DNA of 32,000 bases. Source: Fibrobacter succinogenes subsp. succinogenes S85. GTDB taxonomy: Bacteria > Fibrobacterota > Fibrobacteria > Fibrobacterales > Fibrobacteraceae. The notes beneath the pieces are model-generated. The model ran no database searches and had not been told where the DNA came from. It was given only the letters and a program-made list of their open reading frames with translations. The position numbers were made by a program, and so were the translations under genes. Shown here one piece after another: positions 16,577 through 25,220 of the stretch (positions are counted from its first letter, which is position 1; each line of letters opens with the position of its first letter). Where the stretch lies: NCBI RefSeq assembly GCF_000146505.1, contig NC_017448.1, positions 3,480,001 to 3,512,000 of the forward strand, written 5' to 3'.

Positions 16577-17923
16577 ATGAAGTGGCTTGTAATATCTTGT
16601 ATTTTTCTACTTTCCGCTTGTACTGATTATGTGGCGCAAATAGAAGATAAAATAGAAGAACAAGAACGGACGTCCTTTGTTGAGTCGTCTGATAATTCCA
16701 GGCTCAAGTCTTCATCTTCTGTCGCTAAGTCGAATAGCAGTGTAAAGTCTGACAGTTCAGATAATGAAAACGCGTATAGTAGTTCTGTAAAAGAGGAAAT
16801 ATCTTCATCATCTAAAATAAAAGCTCTTGAATGTGCTGAGTTTCCGTCTGTACAGGATCGGAATGATTCTACTCAAATTATAATTCGGTTTATGCCTTCA
16901 TGGACAAATACAAGCGCTATTATGTCTATTGATGGTAATGAATCTGTCATGACTGCTGTAAAAAACTTCTGTGGTTGGTTCGAGGCCAAGGCAAAATTAC
17001 CAACGGTTGGACTTAAGGTCTATTTTAAGCAGACTGTTGGTTCAAAAAATACTGCGAAAATTTCCCTTGATAGTGTAGCGGCTTTGAGTGATACTCTGTG
17101 GGTTATTGAAAACTCGAACAATGAACTAGATGCATATGTGTGCTACCCGGGCATTCTTGGTAATTGCCCTGTCAAAACTCTCTCGGTAACGATGTTTGAT
17201 TGGCTTCACGGCACCAATGGTGACGGTGATGGTGAAGGCCAAAACGGTGACCCCGCTAATGGCGTTAGCGCAGACTTCGGTTCTGGCGGATGTCTTGCTC
17301 ACGTGAAAGGCATGGTTGAACAGATCTTGGGTGCTAATGGAGTTCCTGTACCTGTAGCGAACTTTCCTGAAAACTGTAAAAATACAACACATCTCGACAA
17401 GTGGTTCCTACCTGAAGTTGTTGTTGAAAAAGACGATGAACAGTACACCAATGCCACCTGCCGTTTTATCGAATTGCAACTCCAAGATGATGGTCTTTGG
17501 CTCGCGCAAAAAGACGACACCAGCCCAGAAGGCGGATTTTTCTTGCTCGATGACTTCCAATATCTTGATGCTGAACAGACTGTTTTGAACCCTTATTTTG
17601 ACAATATCCGCGGTCTTAACAAGAAACATAATTTTGGCTTCACCATGAAAATCCAGGCAGCGTTCGAATATGTTCCGGGCCAATACTTCGAGTTTTTTGG
17701 TGATGATGATGTTTGGGTGTTTATAAACAATCATCTCGTTGTGGATCTTGGCGGTGTGCATACGCAGATTTTGGGCGCAGTGGATTTAGATACTCTCGGA
17801 CTTATCGAAGGCGAAAACTACCCGTTCCACATCTTCTATGCGGAACGTCATACATCCCAGTCCAATTTCATGATGAAAACATCTATAGATTTGAATTCTG
17901 ATGGCGATGGACGTTGCCACTAA
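16577..17923 (+). CDS. Lipoprotein with a C-terminal fibro-slime (PA14-like, TIGR02148-type) domain
   Basis: Lipobox 'LLSAC', a Ser-rich linker, then 'HNFGFTMKIQAAFEYVPGQYFEFFGDDDVWVFINNHLVVDLGGVH...FHIFYAERHTSQSNF'. It starts 10 nt after the previous stop. Confidence 0.85.
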   Translation: MKWLVISCIFLLSACTDYVAQIEDKIEEQERTSFVESSDNSRLKSSSSVAKSNSSVKSDSSDNENAYSSSVKEEISSSSKIKALECAEFPSVQDRNDSTQIIIRFMPSWTNTSAIMSIDGNESVMTAVKNFCGWFEAKAKLPTVGLKVYFKQTVGSKNTAKISLDSVAALSDTLWVIENSNNELDAYVCYPGILGNCPVKTLSVTMFDWLHGTNGDGDGEGQNGDPANGVSADFGSGGCLAHVKGMVEQILGANGVPVPVANFPENCKNTTHLDKWFLPEVVVEKDDEQYTNATCRFIELQLQDDGLWLAQKDDTSPEGGFFLLDDFQYLDAEQTVLNPYFDNIRGLNKKHNFGFTMKIQAAFEYVPGQYFEFFGDDDVWVFINNHLVVDLGGVHTQILGAVDLDTLGLIEGENYPFHIFYAERHTSQSNFMMKTSIDLNSDGDGRCH

Positions 17924-17945
17924 GTATTTTTAGAGGGGAAAATGT

Positions 17946-19415
17946 ATGCGTGTAAATTATATGTTTTGGATTTTGCTTGTTGGAATCTTGCATTCCTCCT
18001 GTACTGATTACGTAGCGCAAGTTGAAGATAAAATTGAGGAACAAGAGCAGAACTCTACTGTTGATCAATCGTCCTCCTCAGGGGGCGCCTACAGTTCCTC
18101 AAGTTCGGTTGTGAAATCTAGCGACAGTGTTTCCCGTAGTTCAGAATCTTCGTCCGGGATTAATTCCTTCGAAGGAATTTTAACAGATTCTCGCGATGGT
18201 CAAATCTATAAAACTGTGAAAATTGGTGACCAGATATGGATGGCCGAAAACTTGAACTACGAAACGGCAGATAGCTATTGTTATAAAGATTCGACTAGCA
18301 ATTGTTCCAAGTACGGTCGCCTTTACATTTGGGCTGCTGCGAAATCTGTCTGCCCTGCAGACTGGCATTTGCCAAGTGAAACAGAATGGGAAACTTTGTT
18401 TAATTCTGTTGGTGGTCAATTAACTGCAGGCAAGGTTCTTAAATCCAAATCAGATTGGGCAGGCAATGGTGATGGTTCTGATTCTTTTTCTTTCTCATCG
18501 TTGCCTGCTGGCTACAGAAATAGTGATGGATATTACCGCAACGAGGGCAACCTCACATATTTCTGGAGTTCTACAGATTACGATAGCGATAATGCGTACG
18601 ACGTGTACTTGTTCTACGGCTACGATTTTGCTAGTCTGAACTACCACAATAAGGTGTTCTGGTACTCTGTTCGTTGTCTAAAGGATGATAAATCAGAACA
18701 GACGCAGAAGTCTTCGTCTTCCGCAAAATCTTCATCAAGCTCTGTGGCAAAATCGAGTAGTAGTGTCAAGGCTTCATCGTCGTCTAAAGTTGTTGGTACG
18801 TGTGGTCCAGACAACTTTACTGTAAATGAAGAGTATCAAATTTCATGGAAATTTACTCGAAATGGAAGTTTGAGTGCTACGGAACTGTTGAGTGCTTCGT
18901 TTTATTGGACCTTTGAAGGCGGAACTCCTGATAGTGCTTCTGTGCTAGGTATTGGTGGTTTATCTCAGAAAGTGACTTATGCAACTACGGGTGATTATGG
19001 AGCCTCGCTTGTGATTGACGTTGCTGGCGACACGTATCGTGTGACTTGTTCCCCGGTTCATGTGCCAATACAAACAGTAGAATCCTCGCCATCCGTAAAA
19101 TCTTCATCGTCTTCTGAGAACGTAGCAATGGGTTCCATGACTGATTCCCGTGATGGTCAAAAGTACAAAACTGTGAAAATTGGCACTCAGACTTGGATGG
19201 CTGAAAACTTGAACTACGAAACAGAAAATAGTTATTGTTACAATGATACAGCAAGTTATTGTGATAAATATGGCCGCCTTTACGAGTGGTCAGCTGCTAT
19301 GGACAGCGCGGGCACATGGAGCATGAACGGCAAGGGCTGCGGCTATAACAAGACATGCTCGCCGACTTATCCTGTTCGTGGCGTATGCCCCCAAGGTTGG
19401 CGCCTGCTTACATGA
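17946..19415 (+). CDS. Lipoprotein with one complete Fib_succ_major domain, an Ig/PKD-like middle domain and a second Fib_succ_major domain cut by an in-frame TGA
   Basis: Lipobox 'LHSSC'. Domain 1 runs from 'TDSRDGQIYKTVKIGDQIWMAENLNY' to 'SVRCLKD'. Domain 2 starts 'TDSRDGQKYKTVKIGTQTWMAENLNY' and stops at 'GWRLLT*'. Confidence 0.8.
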   Translation: MRVNYMFWILLVGILHSSCTDYVAQVEDKIEEQEQNSTVDQSSSSGGAYSSSSSVVKSSDSVSRSSESSSGINSFEGILTDSRDGQIYKTVKIGDQIWMAENLNYETADSYCYKDSTSNCSKYGRLYIWAAAKSVCPADWHLPSETEWETLFNSVGGQLTAGKVLKSKSDWAGNGDGSDSFSFSSLPAGYRNSDGYYRNEGNLTYFWSSTDYDSDNAYDVYLFYGYDFASLNYHNKVFWYSVRCLKDDKSEQTQKSSSSAKSSSSSVAKSSSSVKASSSSKVVGTCGPDNFTVNEEYQISWKFTRNGSLSATELLSASFYWTFEGGTPDSASVLGIGGLSQKVTYATTGDYGASLVIDVAGDTYRVTCSPVHVPIQTVESSPSVKSSSSSENVAMGSMTDSRDGQKYKTVKIGTQTWMAENLNYETENSYCYNDTASYCDKYGRLYEWSAAMDSAGTWSMNGKGCGYNKTCSPTYPVRGVCPQGWRLLT

Positions 19416-19685
19416 GCTGAGTTCGAAGCTTTGTTTACCGCAGTGGGTGGTCAATCTACTGCGGGTCAGAAACTCAAGTCGGCAACAGGCTGGACTGCAT
19501 ATAGTGGCATCACCAACGGGGACGCCTTCGCCTTCTCGGCGCTCCCTGCCGGCTTCTGGGGCCTCAATGGGGATTACGACAACAAGGGCAACAACGCGTA
19601 CTTTTGGAGTTCTACCGAGGACGATAGCGACTTCGCGTACTACATGCGCTTGAACTACAGCCTCGGCAGCTCGTTCCTGGACTAA
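19416..19685 (+). pseudogene. Same-frame continuation of the second Fib_succ_major domain after the TGA; lacks the usual VRCLKD end
   Basis: 19431 minus 17946 is a multiple of 3, so the frame is unchanged. The translation 'AEFEALFTAVGGQSTAGQKLKSATGW...FSALPAG...AYFWSST' continues the domain. G+C is visibly higher than in the 5' part of the gene. Confidence 0.7.
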
Positions 19686-19803
19686 CGTGGTGGCTGTTAA
19701 CGGGCGAACGGAATATCAAATAATGATTTTTTTTGCCCTATTCTGTTACGTTTCGTAAAATTAAATTATAGATTTCTTACAAAATGCTTATCGTGGAGGT
19801 TCT

Positions 19804-20553
19804 ATGAAATACCTGAAACATTTGCAACTTTGGAGCCGCGTAGTGGCTGTAGGATCCCTGGCACTCCTTGCTGCTTGCGGTGGCGTCAGCGATTCTAGTA
19901 AGGTCACTGAGCCTGCCGATGTGACTAACGGAAATCTTACCGACAGCCGCGATGGTAAAACGTACAAGACCGTGACAATCGGTTCCCAGACCTGGATGGC
20001 CGAAAACCTTAACTACGCCGACAGTGTCAATACCCCGAGCCTCAAGGGGAAGAGCTGGTGCTACAATGATTCGGTCGCAAATTGCGAAGCGGCAGGTCGC
20101 CTTTACACCTGGGCGGCAGCCATCGACTCGGTGAAACTTGCAAACGATGCCTCGAATCCGTTGGACTGTGGTTTTGGCAAAACCTGCGGTCTTTCTGGCA
20201 AGGTGCAGGGGATTTGTCCTAGCGGTTGGCACCTGCCCAGTCCGGCAGAATGGAAAACGTTGTTCGCGGCAGTGGGTGGCCAGGACAATGCGGGCAAGGT
20301 TCTTAAGTCCCAGAGTGGTTGGGACGAAAATGGAAACGGTACGGATGCTTACGGCTTTTCTGCACGGCCCGTTGGCTACAGGGAAGGGGATGGCTATTTC
20401 TACGATGGTGGCAAATACGCGTACTTTTGGTGTGCTACGGAGTTCACTAGCGGCTATGCCAACAACATGTACCTGCGCTACTACTATGGAGACGGGTATC
20501 TGTACGACTTCAGCAAGAACAATGCCTTCCCGGTTCGTTGCCTAAAGGACTAA
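19804..20553 (+). CDS. Lipoprotein with a Fib_succ_major domain (TIGR02145-type)
   Basis: GGAGG lies 4 nt upstream of the ATG. Lipobox 'LLAACG', then 'TDSRDGKTYKTVTIGSQTWMAENLNY', 'GWHLPS' and a terminal 'VRCLKD'. Confidence 0.88.
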   Translation: MKYLKHLQLWSRVVAVGSLALLAACGGVSDSSKVTEPADVTNGNLTDSRDGKTYKTVTIGSQTWMAENLNYADSVNTPSLKGKSWCYNDSVANCEAAGRLYTWAAAIDSVKLANDASNPLDCGFGKTCGLSGKVQGICPSGWHLPSPAEWKTLFAAVGGQDNAGKVLKSQSGWDENGNGTDAYGFSARPVGYREGDGYFYDGGKYAYFWCATEFTSGYANNMYLRYYYGDGYLYDFSKNNAFPVRCLKD

Positions 20554-20615
20554 CAACAAGGGACTCTGCAGAAGTTCCGTAGAAAATGGACAGCTTTGGA
20601 CTGTCCGAAATTTGC

Positions 20616-20660
20616 AAAAAAAAAGCCCGCGCAGTTCACATACTGCCGGGCCTTCTTTCA
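20616..20660. terminator. Bidirectional Rho-independent terminator between convergent genes
   Basis: aaaaaaaaa-gcccgcgcag-ttcacata-ctgccgggc-cttcttt. An A-run upstream and a T-rich tract downstream flank a GC-rich stem. Confidence 0.7.
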
Positions 20661-20693
20661 GTCTACTTTCTGCCGTCAACTGCGGCTTCGCCG

Positions 20694-21293
20694 CTATTCC
20701 TTAAACGTGAATCTCAGTTCGCCAAACGGGGTGCGGAAATCCTTGTTCTTCAAGTTGTTTTCTTCGATGCCTGCGAACAGCCTGTAACCGCCACCGATAG
20801 AAACTTCAAGGAGCTTTGTGACGCGGAAGTTGAACTGTGCCGAAAAGTCAGAAGTGAAGAATGCGTCGTCAGACTTGAATCCGTCTTCGTCGCCCTTGTT
20901 CAAGAAGTTCACGCTGCCGCCACCAATGCTAACCGGGAGCGAAATCGAGAACAATCCGCTACGGAAAACGACCGGTTCGGCGAAAAAGCCGTATGAATGG
21001 TAGTCGAGCATTTGCGGGTGCCGAACTTTTGGGTTTTTCACGTCACTGAGGATGGTCGAAAAATAAGCGCCAAAGCTGATGTGCGGGTTCAATACAATAC
21101 CGACGCGGAGGTTCATAAAGATCGTTCCGTCGCGGGCGATAAGGGAGTTACCACCGCTAACGCCCAAAAGTGCGCTCCAATCGGAAGATTCGACTTTACC
21201 CGGTTCATAATCTTGTGAACCCTGGAGTTCGGCGTGGGAGCTTACGGCGAGCGAGAGCGCCATGAGGAGAGATGTCAAAAGTTTTGTTTTCAT
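20694..21293 (-). CDS. Small outer-membrane beta-barrel protein (199 aa)
   Basis: Signal peptide 'MKTKLLTSLLMALSLAVSSHA', then alternating hydrophobic beta-strand patterning and an aromatic-rich C-terminus. The ATG at 21293 overlaps the yihY stop as ATGA. The track's 275-aa version is an unlikely extension into yihY. Confidence 0.7.
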   Translation of the reverse strand: MKTKLLTSLLMALSLAVSSHAELQGSQDYEPGKVESSDWSALLGVSGGNSLIARDGTIFMNLRVGIVLNPHISFGAYFSTILSDVKNPKVRHPQMLDYHSYGFFAEPVVFRSGLFSISLPVSIGGGSVNFLNKGDEDGFKSDDAFFTSDFSAQFNFRVTKLLEVSIGGGYRLFAGIEENNLKNKDFRTPFGELRFTFKE

Positions 21294-22255
21294 AGTCCGT
21301 CCGTGTTTCCTTCCCATCTCCAGTTCTTTGCGCTGACCGCGGGCCAGTGGCAAATCGTCCACACGAGACTGTTGCCGCACAAAATGATGGACCAGACGCC
21401 AAAGAGCAGGAAGAGGAATAGTGGAATAAAAGCTAGTGATCCGTAGAAAATGGACATGCGCGTGACCATTGCCGTCTGGATGAGCATCAGAATCTTCACG
21501 TAGATGTTGATGGCAAGCCAAGAAAGCAAAGTCGAGAGCATCGACGCTAAGAACAGCTTACGGCGGGTGTAGGGCTTGTGGCCTGCCGGGCGCGCTGGGA
21601 GCGCATAAAGCATAATGAAAATCACGAGGAGAGCCGCGATGTGGAATGCCGAGTACCAGAATACGGTGATGAGCGCCTTGATGACTTCCGGCGAAAAGTG
21701 GAATCCGTCAACAATGATGACTTTGAGCACGTTCTGCACATGGTTCACGAAACCTGCGAACATGCCGACTACGGCAGCCCCGATGAGGAGGAATGGTGTG
21801 TAAATCTTAATCTGGCGAATCAAAGTTCTGGAAGTCTTGTTTTCCCAGACCACGTTGAAATTCGTTTCGAGGCTTCCGAATGCGAGGATAAACGTGACAA
21901 AAAGACCGCCTGCACCGATAAATCCGAGCTTTTTGATGGGGATGTGCTCGGCATTTTCGACGATGTCCATGATTTGCTCGGTCGGCCAGTCCAGATTGAG
22001 CATGTCAATCACGATGGGGAGGTAGTCCGAAATGAAGTTACCGAACCCGACGGCGAGCGTGATGGAAGTGAGCATGATGAGGAGTGGGACGACTGCCACG
22101 AGCGTCGTGTAGGTCAAAGATGCGGCACGGGTCATTCCGTGATAGTACAGGAATGATTTTCCGGTGACAACCATGATTTTGACGAACGTCGGAGAACGGG
22201 CTGCGATATGATCGAACAGCCATTCCCACGAAAAATTTTTCCACCAATGCGGCAT
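21290..22255 (-). CDS. YihY/BrkB (virulence factor BrkB / 'ribonuclease BN-like') family inner-membrane protein
   Basis: 'GMTRAASLTYTTLVAVVPLLIML' matches the YihY N-terminal signature. Multiple TM helices, ~320 aa. Confidence 0.8.
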   Translation of the reverse strand: MPHWWKNFSWEWLFDHIAARSPTFVKIMVVTGKSFLYYHGMTRAASLTYTTLVAVVPLLIMLTSITLAVGFGNFISDYLPIVIDMLNLDWPTEQIMDIVENAEHIPIKKLGFIGAGGLFVTFILAFGSLETNFNVVWENKTSRTLIRQIKIYTPFLLIGAAVVGMFAGFVNHVQNVLKVIIVDGFHFSPEVIKALITVFWYSAFHIAALLVIFIMLYALPARPAGHKPYTRRKLFLASMLSTLLSWLAINIYVKILMLIQTAMVTRMSIFYGSLAFIPLFLFLLFGVWSIILCGNSLVWTICHWPAVSAKNWRWEGNTDGL

Positions 22256-22398
22256 ACTCGTGTTAAATATAGTTAAAGGAACGACTTACGAGAACTTTTG
22301 GCGCGTTTCGTTTCGTTTTTTTACGAAAAACTGTACTTTTTGTGGTCGAAATTTCCTAAAAACAGGTTTACTAATGTAGACAAATAATAAATTCCTTT

Positions 22399-22484
22399 TG
22401 TGGACTTTTTCTAGCAAATTATTGTTTGAAAGTTAAAAGTATAATAAAAAATGTGGACTTTTTATTGAAAAGAGATTATATTTG
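22399..22484 (+). promoter_or_regulatory. Candidate promoter/operator of the PL11-CE12 genes: two exact TGTGGACTTTTT boxes plus a TATATTTG box
   Basis: TGTGGACTTTTT occurs at 22399-22410 and 22452-22463, 53 bp apart. Variants TGTGGTC (22341) and TGTAGAC (22375) lie upstream. TATATTTG at 22477-22484 lies 18 nt after the proximal box. Confidence 0.45.
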
Positions 22485-22527
22485 AAAGAAACAAGAGTTT
22501 GGTTTTACACCGTTAGGAGCGTTGTAT

Positions 22528-25161
22528 ATGGGATATAATCATAATTTTAAGGCTATTTTGGCAAGTTCGCTGTTGGCTGCGGGCTTGGCTGTTCCGTCTT
22601 TTGCTGCGCCGCGTCAAATGGAAAACTTGACACGCGGCCTTGTGGCGTCAAATGTGGGCAAGGGAATGCTTGTCAGTTGGCGCTTGTTGGGAACCGACGA
22701 CCCGGCGACGGAATTTGTCCTCTATCGTGATGGCAAGAAACTTGCCTCGATTGGCAAGTCTGCCGGCACGAGCTACCTTGATGCTGCTGGCACAGCTACC
22801 TCCAAGTACACGGTGGCTGCCGTTGTCGATGGCAAGGAGCAATCTCAGGTTGGTTTGTCGCTCGTTTTAGATAAAACGGTCTCCAATAGCGGAAAATCTT
22901 TCCCATATAAGACTTTTAAAGTGGAGCCGCCTGCAGCACAGACTATGCCGAACGGTGAAACGTGCACTTACGTTCCGAACGATATGAGCACGGCTGACCT
23001 CGATGGTGACGGCGAATATGAATTGGTTCTCAAATGGGATCCGTCTAACGCTCACGATAACTCGCAAACGGGTTATACGGGTACCGTGTTTATTGATGCC
23101 TACAAGCTGAATGGCAAGCGCCTTTGGCGCATTGACCTCGGCAAGAATATCCGCGCAGGTGCGCACTACACGCAGTTCCAGGTATTTGACTACGACGGCG
23201 ATGGCAAAGCCGAAATGATTGTGAAGACTGCCGACGGAACGATTGATGGTACGGGCAAGGCTGTGGGCGACAAGTCCAAGGATTATCGTGACGGTAGCGG
23301 CCTTGTGCTTAAGGGGCCGGAATACTTGACCGTTTTCCGCGGTGCTGATGGCGCTGCGGTTTCGACGGTTGATTTTGTGCCGAGTCGAGACATCAACCAG
23401 CATGTGAAGGGCAAGGATGGCAAGGGCTACTGGGGCGACAACTACGGTAACCGTTGCGAACGCTACCTGGCTGCGACTGGCTACTTGGATGGCGTCCATC
23501 CGAGTGCAATTTTTGCACGTGGTTATTACACGTCTGCTTATGTGGTTGCGTATGATTTTGATGGCAAAACATTGAAGCAACGCTGGTACCACAAGTCTGA
23601 AGACCCGGGCAAGGGTCTCTATGGCGAAGGAAACCACAGTCTTCAGGCGGCTGACCTCGATGGCGATGGTTATGATGAAGTGTTTTTCGGTGCTGCAGCC
23701 TTGAATCACGATGGCACCCTGCGTTACCGCACTGGCCTTGGTCATGGCGATGCCCACCATATTGCCGATATGGATCCGGACCGTCCGGGGCTTGAATCCT
23801 GGGATGTGCATGAACACAAGGATGCCAAATATACCGATGAACTTCGTGCAAACGATGGCACGATTATCTGGGGAACGCCTCAGCCGAATCCTGGCGTAGA
23901 CAACGGCCGTGGCATGGCTGCTGACGTAGATTCTACCCATCGCGGTTACGAAATGTGGTCTGCGAAGGGCGGTGGAATGTTTACTGTAAAGCACGAAAGA
24001 ATCGGTTCTCCGGCTGTTTCGCAGAATTTCCGCATTTATTTTGACGGTGACCTGCAGGATGAACTCTTGGATGGCGCCTACGTGACCAAGTTCAATTCTA
24101 AGGATATCAAGGCAGAAGTTTACTTTGATGGCCCGACGGCGCTTGGTGTAACGGGTTGCAATGGCACCAAGAATACGCCGAGCCTCGTGGCAGATCTCTT
24201 CGGCGACTGGCGCGAAGAACTGGTGGTGCGTAGCGAAAAGGACCCGACCACGATGTACATTGTCTCGACTCCGGTGACATCTCCGTATCGTCTTTACACG
24301 CTGATGCACGACGCCACCTACCGCACGGCAGTCGCTTCCGAAAATACAGCTTACAACCAACCACCGCATCCGGGATACTTCTTGCCCGATATGGCGAAAT
24401 CTCTCAAGCAGCCGGATATTTACGTGGTCGGTGAAAATGTCGTAGTGCCGGTCGATACGACTCCGGTTGTGAACGACGGTTTGTCTATGCTCGATGCTTC
24501 TACGCCGAAGGATGGTGTGGGGTGGACCGAAAAAACAAACGAAGGGTTCCTCAAGAACGGTTACTTCAATTTTGATAACACACTTTCTAGCTATGGTGTT
24601 TGGGAAATCTTCTCGAAGACCGAGGCTAAGACGACTTTGACAATCCGTTACGCCAATGGTGGAAATGCTGATCGTAGCATGGCTGTTAGCGTGAATGGCA
24701 AGTCGGCAGGTACGGTTAGTTTCCCGGCTACAGGATGGACAACGTATAAAGAGGCCTCTGTAGATGTGAAGCTGAAGGCTGGCGTCAATACGCTCAAGCT
24801 GACGTCGATGACAAGTGACGGTGGCCCGAATGTTGATATGTTCACGTTCGGAATTGACGGCGTAGAACTTTACGATGGAACGCAGGTTGTTGACAAGCCG
24901 GTATCGATTGCGCCTCAGTCGTTCAGGCCGAATGTTTATAATCCGGTAACGGGAATCCTCCATACAAATGAAGCAGGCCTTGCTGAAATCTATGCCTTTG
25001 ATGTGACAGGTAAGCTCGTTGGCGGAATCTCCCGCAATGTGACTGCCGGAACGTCTAAGGTGATGTTTGACCGCGAAATGCTCCCGCGTGGTGCTTACAT
25101 GATGGTTGTGAAATTGAACGGTCGCGTGATTTCGAAGAGCTTGCGTAAGGCCGCAAAATAA
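22528..25161 (+). CDS. Rhamnogalacturonan lyase (PL11, YesW-like beta-propeller) with a CBM35/6-like module and a T9SS-type C-terminal domain
   Basis: 'ADLDGDGEYELVLKWDPSNAHDNSQTGYTG...IDAYKLNGKRLWRIDLGKNIRAGAHYTQFQVFDYDGDGKAEM' is YesW/YesX-like. CBM region: 'GWTEKTNEGF..GYFNFDN...RYANGG...SDGGPNVDMFTF'. Tail: 'IYAFDVTGKLV...GAYMMVVKLNGRVISK'. AGGAG lies 8 nt before the ATG at 22528 (the track start at 22522 is TTG). Confidence 0.85.
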   Translation: MGYNHNFKAILASSLLAAGLAVPSFAAPRQMENLTRGLVASNVGKGMLVSWRLLGTDDPATEFVLYRDGKKLASIGKSAGTSYLDAAGTATSKYTVAAVVDGKEQSQVGLSLVLDKTVSNSGKSFPYKTFKVEPPAAQTMPNGETCTYVPNDMSTADLDGDGEYELVLKWDPSNAHDNSQTGYTGTVFIDAYKLNGKRLWRIDLGKNIRAGAHYTQFQVFDYDGDGKAEMIVKTADGTIDGTGKAVGDKSKDYRDGSGLVLKGPEYLTVFRGADGAAVSTVDFVPSRDINQHVKGKDGKGYWGDNYGNRCERYLAATGYLDGVHPSAIFARGYYTSAYVVAYDFDGKTLKQRWYHKSEDPGKGLYGEGNHSLQAADLDGDGYDEVFFGAAALNHDGTLRYRTGLGHGDAHHIADMDPDRPGLESWDVHEHKDAKYTDELRANDGTIIWGTPQPNPGVDNGRGMAADVDSTHRGYEMWSAKGGGMFTVKHERIGSPAVSQNFRIYFDGDLQDELLDGAYVTKFNSKDIKAEVYFDGPTALGVTGCNGTKNTPSLVADLFGDWREELVVRSEKDPTTMYIVSTPVTSPYRLYTLMHDATYRTAVASENTAYNQPPHPGYFLPDMAKSLKQPDIYVVGENVVVPVDTTPVVNDGLSMLDASTPKDGVGWTEKTNEGFLKNGYFNFDNTLSSYGVWEIFSKTEAKTTLTIRYANGGNADRSMAVSVNGKSAGTVSFPATGWTTYKEASVDVKLKAGVNTLKLTSMTSDGGPNVDMFTFGIDGVELYDGTQVVDKPVSIAPQSFRPNVYNPVTGILHTNEAGLAEIYAFDVTGKLVGGISRNVTAGTSKVMFDREMLPRGAYMMVVKLNGRVISKSLRKAAK

Positions 25162-25168
25162 CTTGTGT

Positions 25169-25207
25169 GCTTCCGGGAGTTGCTCTCGGAAGCTTTTGGG
25201 ATTTTTT
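25169..25207 (+). terminator. Hairpin plus T-tract between the PL11 and CE12 genes (terminator or attenuator)
   Basis: gcttccgggag-ttg-ctctcggaagc followed by ttttgggatttttt. Confidence 0.65.
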
Positions 25208-25220
25208 AAGAGGTTTTCAA

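Noticed and set aside
19413-19415. The in-frame TGA as selenocysteine or programmed readthrough
   Set aside because: Paralogues have no Cys or Sec at this position. I see no convincing SECIS-like hairpin immediately downstream, and the domain is also truncated at its C-terminus. Pseudogenisation or a sequencing error is the simpler explanation.
20694-21521. The 275-aa version of the OMP ORF, extending 228 nt into yihY
   Set aside because: The extension is His/Arg-rich, precedes an obvious signal peptide (MKTKLL...) and overlaps yihY. The ATG at 21293 with ATGA coupling is far more plausible.
22867-24963. 698-aa ORF on the minus strand, antisense to the PL11 lyase gene
   Set aside because: Its Arg/His/Ile-rich translation has no recognisable motif. 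It exactly shadows a plus-strand CDS with strong YesW-like homology, so it is a typical stop-poor antisense frame.
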